From Lama glama (taxonomy: Eukaryota): a stretch of 64,000 bases of DNA. The DNA lies in NCBI GenBank assembly GCA_028534125.1, contig CM052816.1, positions 17,610,001 through 17,674,000 on the forward strand. The letters are read 5' to 3'. Position numbers and translations under genes: made by a program. Positions 51,151 through 64,000 of the stretch are shown one piece after another; within the stretch, counting starts at the first letter, position 1, and each line of letters begins with the position of its first letter. Under the pieces are notes generated by a model. It was given only the letters and a program-made list of their open reading frames with translations. It was not told where the DNA came from and ran no database searches.

Positions 51151-53672
51151 CCCTTTACTGGTCTCTAGATCAGACCCTGAGGTCCCCACAGCGGGAAGGC
51201 CCTGGGATACAATGCAGCACTGGGATAAGGTAAGGGCAGGCACGCTGCTTCCCATGGAGGGATTTATAACTGAGAAAACAGAACTGTGAACAGCACAGGA
51301 AGTCCTGGGTCTGTTTTAGGATAACATAAAATGTACACTTTACTTAAATACAATATATTTAGAAGACTTAGAAAATAAGATACAAGAAGAGCTGGGCCAG
51401 TTTCCCTGGCTCTTAGGCTCTGGAGACATGACCAGCTAGCCATCTTTGTCCCTAGAGTGTACCGACTGTTCAGTGGGAATCAGGGATGACATGGGCCTCT
51501 AGAAGGACATTCTTTTATCTTTGGCTTTTTCCATGTGAATTTGAATGCTCCCTCACCAGACTTCCCGCAGAGACAGAGTGGGTTGATGGGCACAGCCCCC
51601 GCTGCTTAGACTGGCCACGTATTCAGACCAGTCCCAGCTGCCGGTACAGTGTGGGAGGCTGACCTGTGAGCTCCAACCTCACTGTAGCAGGACCCGCTAA
51701 GCAGTCCCCTCCCCCGTGCTCACTGACCACCCCCTAGGTAGGCTCTGGGGTGGTTCTCCCCCCGTGAGCACCCTCCACGTGTTCAGGATCTTGGCCCCTG
51801 ATAAGCCGTTTCTCTCTCAGCTTTAGCCAAAGCAGTTACACCCAAGGTTTTCTCAGCTTTTGGCTCATTGGGTTCTGCTTTGGCCATCAGCTTTCCTAAA
51901 GGCTGGGCAAAAGCAATCAGATTCAGGGAATCATTTTCTTTCTCGATTGGCCTTGCTGCGCAAGAGGCTATTTGAAGGGCTTATTTTGCATAATGAGCTT
52001 TGACTCAAGGTGTACTGTCGCATTTGGGCAGCAATAAGGCAATACTACATTCACAATGACTTATAAATATTCTAATGCAGATATCTGCTTTTAGAGGCTT
52101 TATATTTAAAACCATGATTTTTCCCTAAGAAACACGTAAAAATGGCAAGGATAGTTAGCCTGGAAAAGTGACTAGGTCCAGAAGAATGCTTCACATTCCA
52201 TCCAAGCCATCACGTATGTTGAAATCATTAGGAAATAGTTCTTGAGACTTGCTTGAACCTTCCTTGGACATGAAAGAGAATGTGACATGTGAAATTAAAG
52301 GAAAGGAACTTGTCTTTGGCTCCAGCGCTTCCCTGTCAGACACACATCCTAAGCTTCCAAGGACTTCTGTGTATTAGAACAGCATGTTCAAGTAGAAAAT
52401 ATTTTACAGGATTCCAGATCGCTGTTGGTGTGATGCCACCGTCTGGAGCTCAGAGGGCACTGATGAACCACTATTGGAAGGATGGATGTTTTGTTATTTA
52501 TTTTTTTTCCAGTGGTGAGGATGAATTCTTCTTGGGTATTTCTTCCCTTGCTCTTATGAAAAGCAGAGTGTCTAGATAACTTGCTTGTGTTTAGGACCAA
52601 GAGGATATTGGCTGTCAAACTGGAGAAATCAGGTGCTAAATTTCCCACTGATCATCCAGCCCTTAACTTAGAATCATTTAACTCTGGCTTCTGAGTTTGA
52701 AACCATATAGTTCAAAAGATTAGGATCCTATTTAAAATAATAAATGAAGAGAGATGTGGCAGAGGGGAGGGATTCTTTTCAACTTTCTCACTTCCGAACT
52801 GGGTAGATGAGAAAGCCAGTTACACCATAAAATTAAAGCCAGAGCAAACTGTGCCAATTCCTTGGAATTAAAAATAATTTAATGCCAAATCCCAAGGATC
52901 CAGAGGCAACTGATCATGTTTATTCATGCTCTGGAAAATGGAATCACCACCCAAGAAGTCATGTTCTGATTTTACTCTAAATCCAGGTTCTTAAAATCTA
53001 TTGCAGGGCTTAGGTGAACTCAACAAGAATCTAATAAAGCCAGGTAACTGAATGACACAGAGGCCAATAAAATTCACAGGAAATGGTGACGGAGATAAAC
53101 TGCAGCAGGAGATAGGCTGGACTAATTGTGCACTTTTGATGTAAATGAACTTTTCTAGAAGAGAAGTTGAGGCCTCATTTTGGACCACTTTCTGAAACTG
53201 CAGTGTGCAGAGTACCAGCCCAAAACACATAGAGTAAAGAATTTGAGTACTTTCAGGAGGAAATTAACTACATAGGGGCACATGCCCTAAAAATGGGGTG
53301 GGGATGATGTCCACGGGTGGGGCCTCTGTGTGCTGTAAATTGTCGAGCTGAGCTGACGGAGCAGGTGTGCTCGGCCAAAGTGGGGACGGGTGAGCGCTGA
53401 CAGGGAGGGCAGAGTGGATAGTCGAGGTTTGGAAGGAAAGGGTTATTAGACGTGGAGAAGACGTTAAAGTGACAGTGGAGAAGTGAGTGGCCTAGCCCAT
53501 TGCAAATCCAGACTGATGAACTGTCTAAGCCTGCATGTACGAGAGACACGGTTATGAATCAACCAGATGGGCCAGCCTTTGTTTTTTATCTGTACATGCC
53601 CAGAACAAATAGTATTAAGCTAAATATATGCCTATGGTTAATTCTAACATTTGAATGGCCCTCTCTTTGTAG

Positions 53673-53678
53673 GTTTTT
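53673..53678 (+). other. Candidate 6-nt microexon (GTTTTT, Val-Phe), unverified
   Basis: TTCTAAC branch motif 53642-53648, no intervening AG, ccctctctttgtAG|GTTTTT|GTGAGT. In frame with the 46-nt exon 443 nt downstream. Confidence 0.3.
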
Positions 53679-54121
53679 GTGAGTGTTAGGGAACTGGCAG
53701 TGTGCACCACAAGCTACATGTCTTCATGTAGAAGGAATGTTGATGGTTGAATTATCAGTGGTTACAAACACAGAGGCTTAATCCTAAGTGGGAACTGCAA
53801 GGCATCGCCTTCAGTATAATTGATAGCAAATATCTCTTGCACTTAGGAGGTATCTCGGTGTATCTGTCAAACAAGGAAGAGCAGTGCTGCTTCCATATTA
53901 GCCTGAAATGTATTAACTGTTCCCATTGTTGAATCTGTACTGTTTGAAAGACAAGTTTTTTTTTTTTTTTGATTGCACGTGAATGCCTCAGAACGATTTC
54001 TAAGCTGTTAGTGTTTTCCTTTGAATTTTGGGAGGTGGGGAGAAAGTCAGGTTTTTATGCAATTATGCGAGAAGCGTCCTGAAATCTGACCTTTGTTTTC
54101 TATTTCTTTCTCCTTATATAG

Positions 54122-54167
54122 GATGATTATTTCAGAAACTGGAATCCCAACAAGCCCTTTGACCAAG
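54122..54167 (+). CDS. SPOCK1: SPOCK1 internal coding exon (46 nt, phase 0 to phase 1), DDYFRNWNPNKPFDQ + first base of A
   Basis: Branch-like CTGAC 54086-54090, long pyrimidine tract, AG 54120-54121, GATGATTATTTCAGAAACTGGAATCCCAACAAGCCCTTTGACCAAG, donor GTAAAG at 54168. The peptide matches the testican-1 N-terminal region as I recall it (RFRDDDYFRNWNPNKPFDQALDPSKDPC) and differs from SPOCK3 (DDYFRTWSPGKPFDQ). Confidence 0.97.
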
Positions 54168-55184
54168 GTAAAGGATGCACGATTTCTTGCTGTATGTTCC
54201 CTGGGAAATGCTTTCTCATTTTTCCTTCCTGGCATGCTGAGTTGCTCTTCCCACAGAGGCCAGCTTGCTGTCTTATTTTACTGACTTCGGGGACTAGTAG
54301 AGATTCTTTTATCAAATTGGTTATTTGTCTGCTACTAAGACAGATTAAAAGACATTTTTTGATTGAATTGACCACTTTAATCATTGGTTGGTATTGGAAG
54401 AAACAAACACTTAAAAAACCAAAATAGTAAAGTGGTTATCAGGCTAACCTGGTGGATTGTTGGGCTGAATCCAGTCGTTTCCCTCATGGAACAGACTATG
54501 CCTGGAGACGCTGTCCAGTTCACATGAGCCACAGACATGAATCTTTCTCTCTGGAAACAGGCTAATCCTGGGAGGCTTTCGAGGGCACTGATACTTCATT
54601 TGTTAAATAACTTCTTCGTGGTCTCTAAATGAAAGCTTGTTTCAGAGGCCACCCCCGACCACTTGGGGTTAAGCTGGGTCCTCAGGACCATTTCTGCTCA
54701 CACCAGCAAGCACCAAGCCAGTCTCCTGATGGCCATTGTACATCCCCACCACTGTCCTCCTGTGGGTTGTTTAAGACACAGTGAGGCCCTGCTGTGAATT
54801 GTGCCTTTGCTCTTATTGTTCCATGTGTCACTGCTGTTCGCACAGGCTGCTGCCAAAATGCTGGTAGGTTGGACTTCAAGTCTGTGCCTGCAGTTAATGC
54901 TGGAACTCAGAGGGAGAACACTCCCTGCCAAGTCTCAAAGGTCCATACCTCTGAGAATCAGCGTCAGTTCTGTAGCTTGAGTGTTTAATGGAATCCTGAT
55001 GGTCCCCTTGACACAAAGTCAAGGAAGGCATCGCCCAGTAATGTAATAGAAGGCGCCCCTTTCTGCCCTCTCCTTTGTCACTTTAGTGGGTCTCTCCATC
55101 TGGACTCTAGTTTTCTTATAAGCAAAATTGGCATTAAAATATCCACATGTACATTTAGCTTGTATCCTCCAGTAGTGTAGCATT

Positions 55185-55500
55185 TTATTCATTCATACAT
55201 ACCTACATTTATTCATTCTCAAACACCCATGGACCTAATGCTCATTCTCAAACACCCATGGACCTAGTGCTCTGTGTTCAAGCACCAAGGTGGTTGCTGG
55301 GGATAAGGCAAAAAATCTGTGGTGCCCGCCCAGGAGGAGCTCAGAGTGGGGAGTGGGGAAATAGCTCCGTCAGCAATTGCAGTAGGCTGTGCTAATGACT
55401 GTGATGCAGGTGTGTGTAGGTGAGTCTTTAGGTGGAGACTTGGTGAGCATGCGTGTGTGTGTGTAGGGGGCAGGTCCCAGGGAAGGCTTTCTTTTGGAGG
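55185..55500 (-). mobile_element. LINE-2 3' fragment
   Basis: ttattcattcat(n) start, ctgtgttcaagcacc..gctggggataag. Confidence 0.6.
55213..55270. repeat. 29-bp tandem duplication
   Basis: tcattctcaaacacccatggacctaatgc / tcattctcaaacacccatggacctagtgc (1 mismatch). Confidence 0.95.
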
Positions 55501-58024
55501 ACCTCCTAGGCTGTACGCTGAGTCTCCAAGGTCCACATTTTGACAACTAACAATGACTAAATCATCACAGGAAATCACACGAAGGTACTTGTAATTTAAT
55601 CTAGAAATTTTCCATCAAAAATGGTCACAATTTCTAAAAAATTTCTTTTAAAAGGCTGTGCCTTCATGGGGAAGAACACTTAACACATTCACTGTGTGTG
55701 CCTGGTAAATGAGTCCTTCTGTAAACACCTCTACCAGGCTCTTGCTTATGGAGGTACTACCTCAACTGATGCTGGCTGTGAACTGATGCATTTGGCTCAG
55801 GTGCAGAAATAAGTTCTCATCCTGTAAGGATCAAATGTTGCCTAAATAACTGCGCAATTTATTCTTCCCTGCGGGCTGCAAACAAATACGACAACTTTCC
55901 CAAGGGAAAAAATGTGATTCCCATTTTTATTTTTCCTAATACACCTTGGGAAAGGTTACACAAGAAGGTCGGCATCCTTTGTCATTTGATACATGTAAAC
56001 GATACATAGGATGTAAATGATAACTTCCTTTGAACCTGGTATTTAAATCTGCTTAACCAAAAAGCCGTATAGGGATTTTTCTCTCCAAAGAAGGTTGGCA
56101 ACTGTATCCAGCAGTGTCCTGTCCTGGCTCCCTCTTTTTCTAGCTCTGCAGACTGGAGAACTGGGTCTGCTAAGATAAATCGTCCCGGAAAACTGCATGA
56201 CTTCATGGGGTATAATTGAGGACCTTAGCCGAGAAGCCCCACTTTGTGCCTCAGGTGTAGCTGCCATTGGCTATTTATATACAGAGCCAGGGGGAGAGCA
56301 GGGAGGCCTGAGAATAGCCTTCACTTACAATGTCAGCCCCAGTAGATGTCATCAATTACATTGTGTGCTTCTCAATAAAAATGGGAGGTTACTAGATCGG
56401 CGCCGACACGGCTGGGTGAAATACAAACCACAGGCATGGAGGAGGTAGAGCATTTCATCTTCCAGAAAACAGGGGGACAGCAGAACTCCAGCGGAGACTG
56501 TCAGCTGCAGGGAGAAGTCATTTCCCCTCCGGAGCTGGAAAAGAATCAAACGTGGTTCAGGTGGTTTTGTGGTTGGGGAAAACTTTGGGTTGATAGAGAT
56601 GGAACTCGTTGGAAAGCATTTTGGAGCTCCAGATGACACATACGTTCTAGGATGGTGCTGAGGGAGGCTTCATGATGGAGTGGCTGTGGGGTGGGCATGA
56701 CATGTAGGGAGAAAAGGGAAGGAAGGCCATACGTGGGGGATGCTGGTAAAGCCAGAAAGGTGGATTGGAGGCAGGTTGTGAAGGGCATTTCATACCAATC
56801 TGCGAGTTTACTCTTTGTTTTCTTGGCAGTGGGGAGCCATGGAAAGTTTTTGAGCACAGGAGTGATGTGATGAGAGCAATACTTTACAGGACTTAGTTTG
56901 GTGGCTCACCAGCCATGGTTAGGAGCCTGAGACAGATCTGCTAAATGATGTCCCTCCTACAGAACTCCTGGGTTACTTCTCTTTTGCTCCATTCATTGCG
57001 TTGGAGCCCTGGGCTTTAGTCACAGAGGGTCAGACATCATCATTCAACTCTGTAGCTTGCCCTCTGAAATGCCCATGTAGCTCCTGATTGTCTTAAGTAT
57101 TGGGGTGAATAGTAAGGGCACCCATAGTATTCAAGAAATACTTACCTGTTGTTGTGTGCTCTGATGAAGGATATTTACTGAACTTGGAACACCAGGGCTT
57201 TATAGAGCCAGCACTTACCATATTACTCCAAGGTAGTTAGAAGAAAAGTTCCTCACCTGGAGGTCTCCTTCCACGAGACTGAACATGTCCTTAACTTGTT
57301 ATCTTTAAGAGAATCATGAATACTTCTGTCAGTGGAGTGTAATAGCCAGCAACTTCAGGCTTTTCTAAGAATTCTTTCTGAGATTTGGGCAGAGTAGTGT
57401 ATGCTTTTTGATTGTAATGATTTCATGCCAGATCTCCACACGGAAGAGAGAGACTTGAGTTTGGAATTGAAGGAACAATGATTAACTCAGGCGAGAAATT
57501 TCCTTTGTGAAGTCCACAAAGACTGACGCCGTGCAGGCAGCTGCGCGGGCTGCACAGTTGGCGAGGACACTGGGCAGAGGCAAGCAGCTCTTTGTTCTGT
57601 GTGGGCAGAGGGGCAAAGGCCCTTGAGGGGACCTCTGCAGGGGGATGGCCGAACCTGTAGGGCTCTGGAGTGATTCCAGAGTTTCGGGTGATCTCTGCCG
57701 CTTTGTCCTTTTGGCACCTTCCTTCCGCTGGCCCCCTAGCCGACCTCGGAGCACAGAGTGGGTGTTGAGCAGACATGAGGTTATGCTTCTGAAAGTGACA
57801 TCTGGTCCAGCAAGATGCTTCCTTAAGAAAACAGTCACCGTGCAGATTAATTTGGGACATACATATGCTCCATTCATCTCTTGGAGATTCACTGTGCTCG
57901 CTTTGAGAAGTCTTCTGGTCAAGAAGCCCAGTTAACTTACCTTTTTCTAAATTTGCCTTGGATCACATTTTTCTTTCTTTTTTCACCCTACTTCTATCAG
58001 GTACCCAGAGAAACTAGTGTATGC

Positions 58025-58245
58025 TGTGCGATACACTTTGCCAAGTGCAGTATGGGGTCTTGAGGTTTGTAGTCAGAGCCTCTAAATTTGGAACTTTGCC
58101 AATTACTAGCTGTGTGAGTTTAGGCAAGTTGCTTAACTTCTCTGATTCTGTGCCTTCCCATATGGAAATGGCAACAATAAAATCCTTGAGAGGATTAAGT
58201 GAGTTAATGTTTTCACAGATAGTAAGAGCTCCCTAAGTGTTGTAA
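58025..58245 (+). mobile_element. MIR SINE
   Basis: ttactagctgtgtgagtttaggcaagttgcttaacttctctg..gaggattaagtgagttaatg. Confidence 0.8.
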
Positions 58246-61200
58246 TTGATTAGCCGGTAATTGATCTTGTTCATTCCCTCCTTTCTGTTTAGCTGCCTCT
58301 CCTTGTTGCCTCTCTCCCTCCACGCAGGTTTTCTTTCTTATATTTCCTTCTGGGGGCCTTCACAGTTGTCATGCTCTGAAGCTCCCAGGCTAAATTGGAG
58401 CTGGCCTGTCTTCTGGTAGGTGGGTCTTTGCATTATTCCACCCCATATCCTCATGATTGGGGCTGAAAAGGTTCAGGCTCTTAATGTGTTCATTCGGTCA
58501 TTCATTCTGTGCACAATTACCAAAAGCTGATGTTTATCCCCCCTGTGCTAGATGATAGGGCCCACACTAAGGAGGGCCTCTCCTGGGACACTCGAGGTTA
58601 CCCATCATTGGTTATCCATCCAGGCTCTTATAGGGGGCAGGAGGGAGGGAGCAAGAGCAAGTGCTGGTGAGGGTGGGGCTGCAAAAAGGGTGGTCTGGGA
58701 AACTGGGGAATCCATATGATGTCACATATTTACACAAGTGACATAGTCACTTTTAGTCGAGGTGAGATTTTGCTACCACTCGGCCTCACTCGTCTTGTCT
58801 GTGGAATGTGGATCGGTGCACCGCCAACCTCAGCTGGGCACCGTCCCCTTCAGGGCAACGATCAGGTGCTATTGTAGAGACTCTCTTTTCCCCTGGAGTT
58901 GGGTGGCTGATGATGACGTTTCTTCACAAGGCCTGAGGGGAGAGAAAGAGATCATGGATTGAACCCCAGCCCTGTGGTACAGAAATAAAAGGTAGTGCTT
59001 CGGGGGTTCACTGAGGGAGGGGACGAACAAGGAACAAAGTGAGTTCTAACAAGCAGTTTCAAAGCTTCTAGACCAGTCCTTTCTGAAAAAGAAAATTGAA
59101 GCTTATTCACAATGCTTTTGCTGAGTGAAAGGCTATCCTTGTTGTTGTTATTGCACTGGGTAGTTGGGAAGGTAATTTATGTATATAACCAATACATGAC
59201 TTTAATGTAAAATTCTGATAACTTGAAGATGTCTTAAAGTGATGGGACACAAATTAATCTCGGTTCTCGACTGTAGCTGTGGTCTGCTTAGGAAAGAACC
59301 CGCTGATTTATTAGGATAGGAAGGTCCTCTTGATGAGACAAACCATTTTAGGAAAAATGGTTGAAGGGGATTTATCATGGAACTTTTTGGAGATGAGTGG
59401 GTTCCTTTAATATGGAATAAATGAATGTCTTAGGTAAAGTGTATAGGTGTTGGTTTAAAGGATAATGTCTTCCCTTCTGTAGTGAATACTAATCATTTTT
59501 CCTCCAGAGCAGCCCGGCTGTGACTAAATCTCAGATGATGCTGGTGATCTTCAGAGCAGAATAGGAACTTGTAGAAATTGATCTCCAGATAAAAATAAAG
59601 CTCGAGAAGGCAGGGGCCCTGTTCACTCATGCTGTTCACTTGAGTAGAATTAAAGAAGAAAAACCTTGCCCTTTGACGTCCAATCTATAATACCCAGATC
59701 CTGACAAGCTCAGATCCTGCCCAAAGCCCTGAACTGTTTTCAGGTGAAAATTCTAAAACTCAGAAGGGAAGAGTTCTTCACGTCTTCCAGCTGTGTTTCT
59801 GGAGCCAGAGCCCTATGGATTGTCATAGCATTGTGTTTTGTCACAGTTTTAAAGGGTGCTTTGGGAGGCAAGATTGCTTATTGCTGAAATTGTTCTTTAG
59901 AAGATTTTTTTTCCCCTCTAGATTAATCTGAAATTTTACACGATGGGCTTAACAGAAGTCTGAAATCCCCATAGCTTTCCTCTTGACATGAAACTCAAGC
60001 TCACCCCTTAAAAGACTCTCTGATTTGCATTTGGAGGACCTTGAAAAATTTTTGGTGTTGAAGGATCTGCTCATCCTGCCTGATCTCTTAGGCTACCGAT
60101 TCTCAGAGGCAGCTGGCCTGCTTTGTGGGAAGCATCTTAATAATTTTCTCCAGGTTCCCTCATGTTTGGTCTGGTTGGTTTCTCCCTCTCACATTTGCCT
60201 TTCCATGTAATTCAAGGACCATTCCCTCCCCTTAACAGGAACAGCGCCTCTTTCTCAAATTAACCAATTCATACTCCACTCCATCCATATCGGCCTCTCT
60301 CCTACTGCCAGCCCTTCTTCTGTTTCTTGATTATGACAGTAAAATAGTTACTAGTTAAAAAAATTTAGAGTATTGATTTTTAAATTTTCCAAGTCACTTC
60401 TGCCAGAGAAGAAATAGAAAACTACTAATTCAAATATTGGTTTGCTCCTGCTTTACTCAGCCTATCTGCTTTGAAGTTAGATCAAGTTAAAAGAATTATC
60501 TTTGATCTCTGGGTGCCTTTGCCTGTTTGTTTATTTTAAGGAAATACAACATCACAGGTAAGGTTGAAATCCTCCGGGTGCCCCTTCTTGGTCCTCTTTT
60601 CCATTTTCTTTTTCCTAAAGCTGACCCTGTCATTAACATGCTCTTCTCTCTGTGTTCTCATCCTTTCATGTCCCATGTGTCTGTCTGTAAACTCTGTTAT
60701 ATGTTGTCCAGCAGAAATGGATGTTTTCTTCTCTAACCTGTTAATTTCACTGAAAATTGTTTTTGAGGGTTTTTGTTTGGATAGTTGTCCGTGTAGTTAA
60801 TTCCTTTATATTGAAGAGTTCTATTTTACTTTGCTATGCTCCAGTTTATCCACTTAGTCCCCTACTGGTGGCCATTTAGATTGTCTCATCTGTTTTGCCA
60901 CTGGGGCTGCCTTATCTAAAGATTTCTAACACATGCTGAATGATTCTTCCTTCAAGCCCCTTGGCCCAGAGAGTGTGATGTCTCAGGAGGGAGACCCAGG
61001 TGGGACACAACTCTACCGGTATTAAAATGTGCAACTTTCAGCAAGTCTTTCTTGACTTTTGTTTACCTGCCTCTTCAATCAAAGGGGTGGACGGGATGGC
61101 TCCTGAGGTCCCTTCCATCTGATAGCTAAGCAAGCGCTCATGGTTTCAGGCAGCAGAGAGTCTGTATATGTTTTCCTCATAAAGGAAGGAAACATGTAAA

Positions 61201-64000
61201 ATTTTAAGTCCAATGCTCTTATTTCACAGGTTACAGTTGAACCAATGAGGTATGAATATCACTTCAATAAAACCAATGGAATTAAATGGGCCTTTTAACT
61301 GCCAGGAGTAGGGTGGGAGGCTTAGAGTAAAAAGCAAAGAAGGCCAAAGTAGAAGGTACTTTGTCTTGTCACTGAGTCCTGTGAGCACTGCAAGGAGTGG
61401 AGAAAAGAGCCAGGGATTAAAAGGCTCAAGTTCACATCTCAGCTTTCCCATGAACTTGAGGCATCTCTTTGAGTAATCTGATTTACCTAGGCTGATGAAA
61501 TCCGTCTTGTGGGCATTTGGGAAAACTGAGTGAGCTCATGTCTGCAAAGAGAGGGGGGTTGGTGTGCAGCATGTGCTTAGGAACGCTCACTTTTTTCTGA
61601 GCTCAGCCCTGCCCATAGTGTCTGTGTGTCTCCGTTTCCTCATGGGAGCCGCGGCTGTGTGGGTGTTAAGGTTTCAGCATCTTCAGGCTTCTCTAGGAGC
61701 GCCCAGCGCCCTGTGTCTTCAGAACCTAAGAGCCAAAGCCATTCTAGGCTGTTCCACCCTTTGGATGGAGTCTGGGGGAATCACGAAGGCTAGTAAAATT
61801 TACCTTCCAATAACGGGGCCCCATGGCTTTCTATTACTGTGTTTAAGAGGTTCTTTCAGCATGAACAAATCCGTTTAAAAGACAGGTTTATTACTTTTCC
61901 CTAAACTCGTAAAACATAGTGTTAGTTATATTAAAAAAAGAAAGAAAGAAATCCTTCCTGCTTTTCTACCTGCGAGAACAGCAGCCCCTGAATTAACTAT
62001 ATTGTATTTGTGGAGTCCTAATGAAACAGCCTGGGTTTGGGGAAATTCTCAATAGGGAAAAAAATGTCAGCTGAATTTTAAAATCAATCAATAATGCTGT
62101 TTAGATTTTCCTCATTGGAGACTGTAGAGTGGATTAGAGCATTTTCGCAATAGGGAGATGGCTGCTTGGAGAAACACCGCCAGCATCACCTGTGTTCCCA
62201 GAGCCCCTCTGCCTGAGGTGAAGGGTTTTCCTTTGTTAAGGTCATTGGTTGTGTTATGCAGCAATTCATTGCTGGAGGCCTATCAAATGTTCCTTCTACC
62301 CTAGTAGCTGTGGTGGTGAAAGGCGTTTTGTGATGTATTGGGACGACCCTGAGCTTTGCAGTCTCACAGATGGGGTTCATCTGTAGCTCCTCCCTTTAAT
62401 AGGCAAGCACTTAGCTTCTCTGGGCCTCGATTTCCTTATCTGTAAAACAGAAACTGTGACATTTTTCAGCCCTGTGACGTGAGGGGTCTGTGAATCTCCT
62501 GACGTAGTGCCTGATCCAGTCTTATTACTGTGTATATGATAAAGGCAATGATGCTTTGGTAAAAGAGGATGAATGTTGTGTTCGGATTCTCAGTTTGCAG
62601 GGTGGTTTTGAAGTGCCCACTTCTCCCCTGGGGTGTGTGAGCTGTTGGATCAGTGAATTGTTCAGTCCAGCGCTGACCAGTAGTGCTGAGCTGGTTCCAC
62701 GCAGGGACATGATATGCAAGGTGACAGAAGCGTTCCTCAGGGCGTGTGTAGTCTGTGTATCCCCGAGAGAGACAGGGATGTGTGACATGGAATAACTCAG
62801 AGGTGTCCTTGAGGAGCCCTGACAGAATCTTGCAGACAGGCAGCTCAAGGAGGGGGACAGTCAGCCCTTCCTGGGTGAGAGTCTGGGAAAGCGTCCTGGA
62901 GGACATGACCTGGAGCCTTTTTAAGGATGGGTAGATGTCAGGAGAGGAGTGGGTGGAGCAGCCTCTGATGGGAAGAAATGTGTCCTGATGGTTGAGCCTT
63001 CAGCTGCTACAGAAGGGATATTTTACAGGCTGCTTTTCTAAAAAAGATGTTTCACAAGAGACAGGAAGAAAATGTAAGTCATGACTCTAGCAGGTTGTTT
63101 CCCTCTGTCCCCAGCTGTCTCTCCAGATCGTTCTGATGTTGAAATCCCTCTAGAGCAGGGGTTGCAAATAGTGAGGTGGATCTGGTGCAGGGACATGGGG
63201 AGGGGCTAGGGCCTGGGACAAGCTAGCACCTTCTCCACCTCGGGAGAGTGACCGTGACCCAGCTTTCGCTGAGGGTGGTTCTGAGGGGCCGAGTGCAACA
63301 TCTCTAGGAATTCTGATTTCTGCAGTGGATCAGTCTTTGTGTATGAAAACTCTTTCTTTGGTGTTAGCAATTAAATCCATTGTTTAAATACCAAACAAGA
63401 GGGTAAATGTGTCCTTGGACTGGTTTGTGGCTTCTCTCAGGCAAAAGCCAAAGGCCCCATTGTCAAGCCTTGTCTTTTGCTTGTGGCATGTGTGCTCCGG
63501 AGGCTGATGAGACCCTGGGGTCCCCCTGACCTGGAGCAGCAGGGTGGCCCGAGGGGAGAGGCAGCACCAGCAGAGCGGGGACCCAAGTGGGTGGAGTCAC
63601 TGTTGCCCAGCTGCACTTTGACACAGGGAGGCCCGAAGTCACATGTGATGAGCATGAATGCTGAACCCCAGCGGAGCTCGGGGTTATTGCTACTGGTTCT
63701 CAGTGGCCGCCCGCATCGCTTTCAGATGGATTGCTTTAATCTCAGGAAGAGGGAAACAACACCGCTGTCCTCTCACAGATACACAAGCACTCACACAACT
63801 CACGTGAAATGAGGTGCCGTGGGGATTTAGAAACACCCACCACGTCCTGAAGAGCTGAGCCCCTTTGGTCTTGGGGTGACGGTATTAGGTTCCTTCTCTG
63901 GGGCAGGTAGGGGCAGTGGCTGCCTGGCCTGAGGAGCCCTCAGTGGGAGGTGAGTGCTGGGGACAGCAGTTGCTCTGTGCTGCTCCTGCTCTCCTTTGGC

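Larger units (their letters stand above)
1..64000 (+). other. SPOCK1: Intronic span of SPOCK1 (testican-1): long intron upstream of the 46-nt exon and start of the following intron
   Basis: Exons at 47473-47481 and 54122-54167 match testican-1 on the + strand. Neither the upstream exon (..YWNRFRD) nor the downstream exon (ALDPSKDPCLKVKC..) was found, so the window is internal to the gene. Confidence 0.93.

Noticed and set aside
50632..51255. 178-aa and 204-aa ORFs
   Set aside because: They exist only because they run through the N gap.
50452..51349. Direct repeats suggesting LTRs or a segmental duplication
   Set aside because: Exact identity and position at both gap edges point to an assembly overlap.
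52490..52520. ttttttttccAG|TG|GTGAGG possible micro-exon
   Set aside because: Only 2 nt, frame-shifting, with no convincing branch point.
56436..56636. ORF with exon-like composition near a CpG cluster
   Set aside because: Does not match SPOCK1 downstream sequence (ALDPSKDPC..) or any protein I recognise, and overlaps L2-like sequence at its end.

Overview
Mammalian genomic DNA, not prokaryotic. It is CpG-poor and rich in MIR, L2, L1, MER and MLT fossils. I recognised no Alu, B1/B2, SINEC, PRE1 or Bov-tA, and the young L1 3' ends look cetartiodactyl (camelid is my best guess). The window lies within the large 5' introns of SPOCK1 (testican-1), transcribed on the + strand. Two coding pieces are visible, both missed by the ORF track: the 46-nt exon 54122-54167 (DDYFRNWNPNKPFDQ) and a 9-nt phase-0 microexon 47473-47481 (EVE) with neural-microexon architecture. 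A possible second 6-nt microexon (VF) lies at 53673-53678. The most unusual repeat is a ~350-bp element at ~17612-17963 made of an L1 5' end fused directly to an L1 3' end at a splice-like junction, inserted into a hAT transposase fossil. There is also a 4.6-kb internally deleted old L1 with a tandem-monomer 5'UTR, and a 500-N gap flanked by a 199-bp exact duplication that is probably an assembly artefact. None of the listed ORFs is a credible independent gene. I found no wholly new biological system. Repeat family names are from memory of consensus sequences, and repeat boundaries are approximate.
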